In this document: positions 37,148-48,504 of the stretch, one piece after another
How the letters are laid out: the number at the start of each line of letters is the position of its first letter
Numbering within the stretch: the stretch's first letter is position 1
Assembly: GCA_002269645.1 (NCBI GenBank)
Contig: NIVC01001399.1
Coordinates: forward strand, 191,463 to 255,462
Direction of reading: 5' to 3'
DNA from: Macrostomum lignano
Lineage: Eukaryota
Length of the DNA stretch: 64,000 nt
The notes under the pieces: generated by a model
Told to the model about the DNA's origin: nothing
Database searches by the model: none
Seen by the model: only the letters and a program-made list of their open reading frames with translations
Made by a program: the position numbers and the translations under genes

Positions 37148-39583
37148 TCAATTGTGTCGGTAGCAGCGACGGCCATTGGCGACGTGCTGCGCATTGCCGA
37201 CACAAGCCGGCAGGGGCACCATGCGGCCGCCGCCTTCTCCGTTGCGGTGCACCCTGCTGCGGCTGCGGTGCTCCCGGTGATCCCGCTGGTGCTCCCGGTG
37301 CTCCCGGTGTCCGCGGCTGTCGAGACGAAGCTCCCTACGATCGTGGCTGCGATGACGTTGGCGACTCTGGCGGTAAGGACGGCTCTCGCGTTGCTCGCGA
37401 ATCTGCGCATTTGTGACATTTTGCTGTTTTAGTAACCATAATATGAATGTCGCGAAGATTAAATGATGGAGATTATTGAAAAACGAGGGGACTTAAGCGT
37501 GGGGAAATTTATGCAAAATATGCTGGATCAAAGATTCAGCAAATTTTAAAAATCCCTAAAGTTTGAGAGCGCCCTAAGGAAATCAAATTATTAGTATCCC
37601 TAAAGATTAAAGAATAGGGATTCTGATACAGGGAATTAGAGAATGAGGATCTTGATAGACACAGGGAATCAGAGAATGGGAATCTTGATAGAAAACAGGG
37701 GATCAGAGTAGAGGATCTTAATAGACACAGGGGATCAGAGAATAGGGATCTTGATAGACAAAGGGGATCAGAGAATGGGGATCTAGATAGACACAGAGGA
37801 ACAAAGAATGGGGGATCTTGATAGACACAGGGGATCAGAGAATGGGAATCTTGATAGACACGGAGGATCAGAGAATGTGGATCTTAATAGAAAACAGGGG
37901 ATCAGAGAATGGGGATCTTAACAGACACGGAGGATCAGAGAACTTTTATTAGCTTTCTCACGTTTTGCTGCTGACGCCGAATCAGGATCTCGCGTAGCTC
38001 GGAAGCGCTGCGTCGAATTCGTTCAAAAGCGCCCATGAGTTCCTTGTAGTCCTCGTCAGCTTTTTCCAGCCTAGAAACCAGCTGGGCCTTGCGCCGCCTC
38101 TCGGTCTCCATACAGTGGATCAACTCGGACTGCCGCTCCTTAGCGGCGAGGCCAGCCTGCTTGACCGCGGAGAGTCGTTGAAGTGCGATCTCGGCTTGGT
38201 CCTTGTACTGCTTCTCCTCTTTCTGCTTCTTGCCAAGGTACATCTTCAGCAGAGAGCTCCTTTCTAACATAGCGGCCGTGGCGGCGCGGCACTCCATCAG
38301 GCGGCGCTGCTTTTCCGCGTGGACTTCTTTGGCAATTTGAACTTGGCGCTTCAGTTGCAGCCGGGACTGGGTTATATTGGGATGGCAGGCGGAGATTCTA
38401 GAGACATGGGATCACAGAAATCAGGGTCTACGAAAAGTCGGAGGATGAAGCTATGAATATGATGATCTTTGTGAATCCAGGGAATGGGAATCTTTGCGAA
38501 TCCAGGGAATGGGGATACCTGTGAATCCAGGGAATGGGGAACTTTTTGAATCCAGAGAATGGGGATACCTATGAATCCAGGGAATGGGGAACTTTGTGAA
38601 TCCAGGGAATGGGGATATCTGTGAATCCAGGAAATGGGGATATCTGTGAATCCAGGATCCAGAGAATGGGGATATCTGTGAATCCAGGAAATGGGGATAT
38701 CTGTGAATCTAGGAAATGGGGATATCTGTGAATCCAGGATCCAGAGAATGGGGATATCTGTGAATCCAGGAAATGGGGAACTTTGTGAATCCAGGGAATG
38801 GGGATATCTGTGAATCCAGGAAATGGGGATATCTGTGAATCCAGGATCCAGAGAATGGGGATATCTGTGAATCCAGGGAATGGGGAACTTTGTGAATCCC
38901 GAGAATTGGGATATCTGTGAATCCAGGAAATGGGAATATCTGTGAATCCAGGGAATTGGGATATCTGTGAATCCAGGAAGTGGGGCTATCTGTGAATCCA
39001 GGGAATGGGGAACTTTGTGAATCTAGAGAATGTGGATATCTGTGAATCCAGGGAATGGGGAACTTTGTGAATCCAGAGAATGGTGATACCTGTGAATCCA
39101 GGAAATGGGGCTATCTGTGAATCCAGAGAATGGTGATACCTGTGAATCCAGGAAATGGGGCTATCTGTGAATCCAGGGAATAGAGGTATGAAGTCAGGAG
39201 ATTACAGAATGCGAACGCACCTGCACCATCCAGGTATTGACGCTGTGCTTCACCAAGCTAATCGCCAGCTTTATCTCCACGCCGACCAGACCGCGATCGT
39301 GGGTTTGAACATGCCGACTGTCGTGCAGGTTGATCACTTTCCTATCGTCAAGGCTTTGATCAGTGCACAGTAGGCAATAGAAGCCACAAGTCGCATTCAA
39401 AGTTTTACTAAACATCCAGGGCTTGTGGTTGCCACAGAACACGTGGCCACAAGCACAAATTAAGCCTTCATTAATCAGAGGCAAGTTGCATGTTGAAATG
39501 TTGCAGTACATCACGCAGTCATCATTAGGCTTTTTGATTTTCAAGTTGCCAACTGGTTCAGTTTTCACCATTTTGCTATTCAT
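37148..39583 (-). CDS. CCNB1IP1: HEI10/CCNB1IP1-like RING-finger coiled-coil protein, about 340 aa; exons 39583-39221, 38366-37962, 37402 (or 37423)-37148
   Basis: CNISTC...ACGHVFCGNH...CLLC parallels HEI10 CNYRKC...ACSHIFCDQH...CPAC, and HSVNTWMVQ parallels RALAFWTYQ. Phase-0 GT-AG introns lead into a coiled coil and an R/H/E-rich tail. The exon 2 and 3 acceptors are uncertain. Confidence 0.7.
37620..37937. repeat. About 31-33 bp minisatellite (GACACAGGGGATCAGAGAATGGGGATCTTGATA) in HEI10-like intron 2
   Basis: Directly visible tandem copies. Confidence 0.92.
38465..39190. repeat. About 24-25 bp minisatellite (GTGAATCCAGGGAATGGGGATATCT) in HEI10-like intron 1
   Basis: Directly visible tandem copies. 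Confidence 0.94.
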
Positions 39584-42500
39584 TCTTTCTAGTAAAAAGA
39601 ACTGTTACATAAACCAATTAGGGTTTTGAATGTTTGAATTTGCATAAGAAGTAAAAAATAAACGCTTAAAATACTTGAGTCATTGAGATAACACAATTGG
39701 CTTCTTAAAAAAATTATTGTAGATAGACATACAGTATTTCTAAGTATGTTGAAATAATTCTAAATAAATTGATACTACATTAAAAAATATATATACATAA
39801 TATTTGCTTACATGAATTGTAGAAAGTCCTGTATAACTAATTTTAGTATGGCAAGTAGTTAGTTTAATATAATTTTGTTGAAACAGGTAGCTACTTAAAT
39901 AGACCTTTCTATTGATCTATTGAGGTAATTTATAATTAATAACTTTGGCTTTAACAATAAATTAAATATAATAGTTTAGCCTACTTTGCATTGATATTAA
40001 ATAGTTAGGGAATTGAGTGTGAAGATTGAGAAAAAATAATTTTTTTAAATAAGCCTACATAACACAATGTCTATGACTTGAGATGCATTGAGACAAATCA
40101 TTTAGCAAAATCATGAAAATATTGAACTTTGAATTCAAAATTTTGGGCATTGATTAAAAAATTAATTAGAAAATCTAATGCACTAAAAATGTATATTTTC
40201 TATAAATAAAAAGCGGCGTATTCCCTAGAACTAGATCAATCAGATAACACAAAATTATATGCCAGTGGTAAAATAAAAATTAATATTTAAAGTTCACTTT
40301 CAGATTGAATGTTTTCTGAGCTTTTAAACGTTAGTCATTCTATTCCAGTAGGGCCTACTACTAGAAGGAAAACTATACTAGTTAATTATAAATCAAAGCA
40401 TGTGTGTAAACAGAAAATCACAAAATCTAAACTAGCTACACGAAGTTTGTGGCTTGGATTGCACACAACAAATAATACGATACGAGCACAGCATAGTTTC
40501 ACATACAAGCAGTGTAATTATTCCTTGCCTTTAATATATGATAGAAGAAGTTAGGCTTAGGACTATAAATGGTACTCAAAAACTACTTTGAGATTAGTAA
40601 AAGTAAAAGCTAGTGAAGACGTTTTGCTATTTAGTTAGTGAAAACTGGAAGAAGATCGAATGGCGCAGCGAATCAGCGATATTTTTGAAAATTAGTTGTA
40701 GTAGGAATGATCAAGTGCATGCAAAAGTGAGTAAAGAAACAAAAATACACTTATGATAATGAACAAAATTGATTTATAACTTAAACCTCCAACTGCTGAA
40801 GAAAATAAGTTATAAAAAAATTCTTTAATTGAAGTTCATTTAGACAATAACCATAGTAATGGCAAGTAGTATGGCGAGAAATTTGGTTCTAAAAAATTTG
40901 AGGGCTAAGTTTTATAAAATACTTAACGGAGATTTTTTTTCACTTTTTCAGCCTGTTAGATTACAATTGCATTCTTTTTTCATTGCAATATTTATTTTTT
41001 GTAAGGTACATGTACAAAGTGTTAAAAGACTTCTTTGTAATTTGCAGGAGGATCGAGTTTCCTGTCATTTTAATTTCCTTTTTTGTACATGCATATGTTC
41101 CCAGCCAAGAAAGTAAAAAATCGGAATCGTTACATTCTTTATTTAATTTGTTGCTGATTTCAATCCTAATAGGAATTGCTAAAAGCCACACCATCAGGCA
41201 GTAAAGCATTTACATGTATGTACAGCGAGACATACACAGGGCATGCGTAGTTGTCGAAAACTGTATAAACAGGGCGCATGACAGCGCTGCAATTTGAAGG
41301 GTTTTTTAGAGAGAGCCTGTCAACTCAAAGTGGAGCCCGAGTAACCTATGTTCACAAGCGATACGGGATAGTTAGTAATATTATGTCAACTTTAAGCTCA
41401 TAATTGGTCCTTATCCCGGCCCAGCTTTATTAATTAACCCACACCTCCCAACAAGTCCTACTTTTCGTCACTTTTTGCCAAACCCAGCTTTCAGGTGTCA
41501 CTGTGAGCGGAATGACGTATCATTTGTGTACATATATCTCACTCGGGATTCAGTATACGTACTAAATTTGATCGTTAAATAAGTTGACTGGACCTTTTGT
41601 CAGTATTGAAAGGCCGGAATTTAATTAGTATCGCAGTCCCTGGATACACGCATATACAGTTACACAGTTAGACACTTATTTTGGACAGCGCATCTGAAAT
41701 TGCTCGTACTATTGTCGGGTTTCGACCTTCCGGCCCCCTTGTGGGGAAGCCTTCGGGCCTCAGGTCTCAGAAATAGATCAATTAGAGTCCTGGCGGCACT
41801 CCTGTCAGATGGTCAGCCCCAGGTAGCTTGATTGTGTGGCGAGCAGTCTAGGTCCTATAGCTAAGAGAGGGACAGCGAGAGACAAGCAGGGAGAATTTTG
41901 AAGGTAGAAATTAGTTAATCCGCAGATTAGCTAACTCGCTGCCACCAGCCCTTACGTCCTGGCTCACCACACCCGGACTCTCAAAATCGGGCTTCCGACT
42001 AAGGGGCTTTGCACATACCTGCCAACTAGTGTATTTTTGCTGTCAATCTCGAAGTCATAGCCGATGATAAGGGACACTGCTGGGACTTGATCGCATTGGC
42101 CATGCAGGTACAGAGGGGACTTGTGCAGGGGATTCTTTGCAGTGGCGAGACTATGGGGTAGTTACATGTACTATTACATTGCTAAATACGAAGAATTGTA
42201 CTTTTGACCTTCAACGCGCCAACCAGCCTCTCCTAGCGCTGATGATAGGCTAACTCGAACATCAGAGACCGCATGATTCATCACCCGAGCCGCTTGGCTA
42301 ACCTAGAGTGCACAGAGTACATCTCTGGAGCCGATTCTGCACTATTGGCAATTTCGCTAACTGATTTGATAGATTGATCGACTGAGAACTGCCTTGCCAT
42401 AGGTCCACTGTGACCGGCGCCTACTAGCTTAGCTACTCATCTGAGCCATCGGCGAACAAAGAAATAAAACCGATAAAAATAACTGTTAGATTTCCTTCTC

Positions 42501-44477
42501 CTTAAATCACTTCACACCAGATTGAATTGGAGTTTTAGACTACTAGCAGTATTGAATGACTTCTGCCTCAATTACAGCACTACTGAACAAAATGAGCAAA
42601 AGCGTGCGCCTAATCCAGCTACTGAAACAGGGGACAGATAAGGGATCACCCAATCAAGCAAGTCTCGGCAGCCTCTCACCCAACCAATCAGAAACTCAAC
42701 AGCCGGAGACCAGGTAATCCACAGTGACCGAATCGGCTTCGCAGCTGTAGGCCCGGGATGATGCTGATGTCACAATCTTCGCTGATAGCTAGCAGGTGAT
42801 GCTCTTAACCTTGATGTTCGTTGCTGATGACCAGGGGGACTCGTCCTTGATGATAATGGGGGAAGGTCGCAATCTGGGGATCAAGAAACGACGGTCAGTT
42901 CCTGGCCGGTGGAGCCAAGGGTAGTATACCCGGTCGCAAAAAGGTTGCAGTCCGAGCGGGCCAAAAACACCGGTTTAAATAGCCGCCAACTGGACCGCAG
43001 TTTGTTATAATGGAACACGTCGATTCTGATTGGCTGAGCCGATTTGTTAAAATGAGCGTCGAATTTTCTGATTGGATGAGCTAGCTGCCACCCAAAATCA
43101 CGTGACCGGAAGATCCTATCAGTTCCCTCGGGGTCGTAAAAACATGACAGGTGCGGCCAAAAATCACTCAAAATCGCAACAAAATGATTTATGACTTTTC
43201 GCGTAGAATTGACAAAAATGAATGAAAAAATATACATTAGAAAGCTCTTATTAAATAGAAAGTGAAGATAATGAAGAGAAATCGCTAATCGCTAATCCCA
43301 AAGTACTTTTAGGGGTAAAACGCATAGCTGTCAAAGCTGTCACACGCTTGAGTGAACACGAACAATAGGCTCTGACCTCATAAATCTGATGGCCTGTCAA
43401 AAATGATGCAAAAAAAGCTATCATTCGCATCCCCTCAGGCCATCTGGCGCGCGCCTCAACACTGAGTGAGGCCCAGGTGGCTGTCAGCTACCAACTTTGA
43501 AAGCGATGATTTACGACCCAAAAAGCTGCGCCTACGTTATTATGACTACTAGTATGACCAAACATTATATCTAGTATAGATTCTATGACAATTCGCAGAA
43601 AAAGGATAAAAATGCCCATTGCCCACTGTTAGTAGGCTAGTAAGTTTAGAGCCCATGTGCTAGCGCGGGATTTGGAAAAAAGTGCGTCCTCATCACTATA
43701 ATTAGACAGTACATGTGATGATATGTTCCCTCTGCAAGACGGTATTACCGGTACTGTTTTGCAGACAGATCGAGGTACGGCCGGTACTTCTCAGTAAGGA
43801 TATAGTAGCACTGCTGTGCCCGCGATGAGCAATCAGCTCTGGCCCTCGGTCAGGGGCATTTGGAGCAAATTAAGCATTGCACTTTTAACCCCCCACGCCG
43901 CGTTCGCAACGGCCCTCCGTTCTCCCCGCGCTCCCCACATTTACAATGTACATGTAATGTACCTCTCTAGCGTCCGTGCCCAAGTTTTGATTCGCTATTT
44001 TATGTGCGCCGCGATTGTGCCCGCCAATCGGCAGTTGGGAAAGCATTTATGCGGCCCTAAACTCTATAACCATGGAGATTTGAGGTGAGATGGAAGTTAA
44101 AATTTTGAAGTTCATTGAGGTCAACGCAATAAAATTTGCGTTGAAATAAGTATACAGATGAGTTGGAGGTGAGCGAGAGAGAGCTAGTTTCGATGACACA
44201 GCTAGTCAGCCTACGAGTAAATTGCTCAAAAACAATACATTAGAAACATTCCGCTTGCTCTGCCTCGCTTCATTGGGATGAGTCATCACAGTGACTCATG
44301 CTTATCGCCCACCCCACTCCCCCGCGCACCAACCCCATCTCCTTTTTATTGTTCGAAATCATTATTCATGCGTGTGACAGTTTTATGACCCTCTATCTTC
44401 CTAAGTTTTTCCTGTCTGTTACGTAATCCCCAATCATAAATCATTTTTCTCAGCTGCGCCCCATCCCAATTTCTTAT

Positions 44478-44529
44478 CCAATCACAGCAGCGTGGCTGAC
44501 GTGTGACGTCATCAGGGTTGCTTGGTAAC
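44478..44529. promoter_or_regulatory. Promoter-like cluster: CCAAT (44478), CRE TGACGTCA (44504-44511), RFX X-box-like GTTGCTTGGTAAC (44517-44529)
   Basis: Three recognisable motifs within 52 bp; the target gene is not established. Confidence 0.4.
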
Positions 44530-44573
44530 GAAAGTCAAGGACAAGACACGGCCTTCAATATCACGCATCACGC

Positions 44574-46561
44574 ATCCTAGATCCCAGATCCTAGATCCCA
44601 GATCCTAGATCCCAGATCCTAGATCCCAGATCCTAGATCCCAGATCCTAGATCCCAGATCCTAGATCCCAGATCCTAGATCCCAGATCCTAGATCCCAGA
44701 TCCTAGATCCCAGATCCTAGATCCCAGATCCTAGATCCCAGATCCTAGATCCCAGATCCTAGATCCCAGATCCTAGATCCCAGATCCTAGATCCCAGATC
44801 CTAGATCCCAGATCCTAGATCCCAGATCCTAGATCCCAGATCCTAGATCCCAGATCCTAGATCCCAGATCCTAGATCCCAGATCCTAGATCCCAGATCCT
44901 AGATCCCAGATCCTAGATCCCAGATCCTAGATCCCAGATCCTAGATCCCAGATCCTAGATCCCAGATCCTAGATCCCAGATCCTAGATCCCAGATCCTAG
45001 ATCCCAGATCCTAGATCCCAGATCCTAGATCCCAGATCCTAGATCCCAGATCCTAGATCCCAGATCCTAGATCCCAGATCCTAGATCCCAGATCCTAGAT
45101 CCCAGATCCTAGATCCCAGATCCTAGATCCCAGATCCTAGATCCCAGATCCAGATCCCAGATCCTAGATCCCAGATCCTAGATCCCAGATCCTAGATCCC
45201 AGATCCTAGATCCCAGATCCTAGATCCCAGATCCTAGATCCCAGATCCTAGATCCCAGATCCTAGATCCCAGATCCTAGATCCCAGATCCTAGATCCCAG
45301 ATCCTAGATCCCAGATCCTAGATCCCAGATCCTAGATCCCAGATCCTAGATCCCAGATCCTAGATCCCAGATCCTAGATCCCAGATCCTAGATCCCAGAT
45401 CCTAGATCCCAGATCCTAGATCCCAGATCCTAGATCCCAGATCCTAGATCCCAGATCCTAGATCCCAGATCCTAGATCCCAGATCCTAGATCCCAGATCC
45501 TAGATCCCAGATCCTAGATCCCAGATCCTAGATCCCAGATCCTAGATCCCAGATCCTAGATCCCAGATCCTAGATCCCAGATCCTAGATCCCAGATCCTA
45601 GATCCCAGATCCTAGATCCCAGATCCTAGATCCCAGATCCTAGATCCCAGATCCTAGATCCCAGATCCTAGATCCCAGATCCTAGATCCCAGATCCTAGA
45701 TCCCAGATCCTAGATCCCAGATCCTAGATCCCAGATCCTAGATCCCAGATCCTAGATCCCAGATCCTAGATCCCAGATCCTAGATCCCAGATCCTAGATC
45801 CCAGATCCTAGATCCCAGATCCTAGATCCCAGATCCTAGATCCCAGATCCTAGATCCCAGATCCTAGATCCCAGATCCTAGATCCCAGATCCTAGATCCC
45901 AGATCCTAGATCCCAGATCCTAGATCCCAGATCCTAGATCCCAGATCCTAGATCCCAGATCCTAGATCCCAGATCCTAGATCCCAGATCCTAGATCCCAG
46001 ATCCTAGATCCCAGATCCTAGATCCCAGATCCTAGATCCCAGATCCTAGATCCCAGATCGTAGATCCCAGATCGTAGATCCCAGATCGTAGATCCCAGAT
46101 CGTAGATCCCAGATCGTAGATCCCAGATCGTAGATCCCAGATCCTAGATCCCAGATCGTAGATCCCAGATCCTAGATCCCAGATCCTAGATCCCAGATCC
46201 TAGATCCCAGATCCTAGATCCTAGATCCTAGATCCCAGATCCTAGATCCCAGATCCTAGATCCCAGATCCTAGATCCCAGATCCTAGATCCCAGATCCTA
46301 GATCCCAGATCCTAGATCCCAGATCCTAGATCCCAGATCCTAGATCCCAGATCCTAGATCCCAGATCCTAGATCCTAGATCCCAGATCCTAGATCCCAGA
46401 TCCCAGATCCTAGATCCCAGATCCTAGATCCCAGATCCTAGATCCCAGATCCTAGATCCCAGATCCTAGATCCCAGATCCTAGATCCCAGATCCCAGATC
46501 CTAGATCCCAGATCCTAGATCCCAGATCCTAGATCCCAGATCCTAGATCCCAGATCCCAGA
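44574..46561. repeat. Highly homogeneous 14 bp satellite (CCTAGATCCCAGAT)n
   Basis: About 2 kb, nearly perfect, built from two 7 bp subunits. A CGTAGAT variant block lies near 46059-46160. Confidence 0.98.
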
Positions 46562-46976
46562 GGGTGACATTCGGTCAGAATACATGTCAGTAGTAAATTG
46601 TAATGTAAGTTACTCTACAAAATGTATGGTACAATTTTGTTCTCATGCAGTTGTATAAGATTTTTAAAAAGTTTCATTTTTTATTCCTTTTATAAAAGAC
46701 CTGCTGCCTTTTTACATTTATAATTTCTTCGTTGTAAAAGTATTGTAAGGCCACGCTAAAAAACTCTCTCAGTGCTGACATAGATTCTCTACTTATGTTC
46801 GTACTAATTAATTCATAGGCTTGACCAGCACGTGACATAGACATTCACTCTTTCTTTGTTAAATTGTTAGACACGAAATTAAATTTAATCTGTTCTCAAA
46901 AGTTGCTCAAATCGTAAAACGCTTTGCAGACTGAATTTTCTACAATTAATATAGCTTTCAAAAGCTGCTATTTACG

Positions 46977-47837
46977 ATGCCAAACACCGTCAATGTTAGT
47001 GTCGAATACTGGTAAGTCATCAGCCTATGTTTTATTTTTAGAGAGTTTCATTTATCTCAGTATACGTACATGTATATAGATTGTCTTTTTTAGACAGTAA
47101 ATTTGATTGCGACATTGACTACTAACACGAGGTGCTGTGATGTCAAGGGTTACTGGGGAATTGCTGAGATGTCAAGGGTTACTGGGGAATTGCTGAGATG
47201 CCAAGGGTTACTGGGGGAATTGCTGAGATGCCAAGGGTTACTGGGGGAATTGCTGAGATGCCAAGGGTTAGTGGGGGAATTGCTGAGATGCCAAGGGTTA
47301 CTGGGGGAATTGCTGAGATGTCATGGCTTACGGGCGGAATTGCTGCGATGTCGAGGGTTACTGGGGGAATTGCTCAGATATATCAAGTATGAGAGGTCAG
47401 AAGCTACATGTACATGTAGTTTATTCAAAGTTTCCATATACTAAAAGTGGTCTGTCGGTAGGTAGATGTACATTTACATCGCTGCGTAACAACTTCACAC
47501 ATGTACTGCGTAATACAGCAAAATCTCTACTGATCATCTATAATTCCCCTCCCCCCAACCTTACAGCAGCGTCCAATGAGACTACGAACCCCGCTATGAA
47601 CACCTGCGCGAAGCAATTCTCAGCGCGTGCCCCAGCGGGGTTCAGGTATCCGGTGTTGCTGGTCGTCGGGGCGCTTACGAGGTGACAGTCAATGGCCAAT
47701 TGATTTTCTCTAAGCTGAAGATGCGCTGTTTCCCCGTTGAGAAACAGGTGATCGACGATGTGAGGAAAGCCACGAATGGTGTGAAGCCTAAGAAGCTGGG
47801 ATCAGATAGCGGAGGTTGTGGATGTCATCTATTGTAG
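46977..47837 (+). CDS. MIEN1: Selenoprotein, MIEN1/SelW2-like (Rdx family), copy A, about 100-101 aa; exons 46977-47011 and 47567 (or 47570)-47837; Sec UGA at 47577-47579
   Basis: MPNTVNVSVEYC(S)VQUDYEPRY...GAYEVTVNGQLIFSKL...FP...RKATNG...CHLL*. It matches MIEN1/Rdx12 (GAFEIEINGQLVFSKL, CaaX tail). The reading frame continues 85 codons past UGA, and a SECIS-like hairpin lies in the 3' UTR. Confidence 0.9.
47135..47385. repeat. 30 bp minisatellite (GGGTTACTGGGGGAATTGCTGAGATGCCAA) in the copy A intron
   Basis: About 8 directly visible tandem copies. Confidence 0.93.
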
Positions 47838-47996
47838 CGCTATTGGCTTCGTTTTTACTTAATTTTCTTGATTTCTCTCTCATAAACGAAGTCTTTTTTT
47901 CAATGAATAAACAGATTTTGATATTTGAAATGTATATTTCTACTTTAAGTAGACTAAATAGTAGCATAAATTGAATTCAGAAACAAAAACAAATAG

Positions 47997-48135
47997 AAAA
48001 ACCAGCGCGTGCCCAGACGTATGACGACAGGCCTCGGCGTTAAAATCCTAATTGGAACCGTCCGCAGCATCGCACCGGATGGGCGCCACCTGTCTGACAC
48101 ACGTATCTGGCTGAGTCTGTGCGCGCGTTGGTTTT
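47997..48135 (+). promoter_or_regulatory. SECIS element of selenoprotein copy A
   Basis: AUGAC (48021-48025) and UGAC (48095-48098) form the quartet. Helix II is GACAGG/CCUGUC plus GGCGU/GCGCC, with apical AAAA at 48042-48045. A 17 bp lower helix pairs 48002-48018 with 48115-48131. Confidence 0.82.
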
Positions 48136-48504
48136 TTTGGTTTCATTTAAACAAAAAAACTGTGAAAAAGTTACGTTTATAAAAGGAGAAAGAAAGAAAA
48201 TAAGTTGTGGCAGAAAAGTGTCTTAAAAGTAACTTTTGATTTATTCGGCATCAAATATACATGTATCTTGAAACATAGTTCATTTTTTTGCTTCGTGCAG
48301 TCGCATGCTGCGCTACTTTTAATATCAAGGTTGAATACTTTTCTAGCGGCTTTTTTATGAAGGGCTACTTAAAAAAAAGAATAAAAATACTAAATAGTTT
48401 GCTTGACTTGTGGACCATTAAAGATATGTACATTATGCTTAAATTAGAAAAAATATACTATAGTTAGGGCAAGTTAGCTTAAAAATTTGTTAATTAGAAG
48501 AAAG

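Noticed and set aside
36979-37432. ORFs 37154..37432 (+) and 36979..37419 (-)
   Set aside because: These are shadow frames of the GC-rich last exon of the HEI10-like gene; splice phase selects a third frame.
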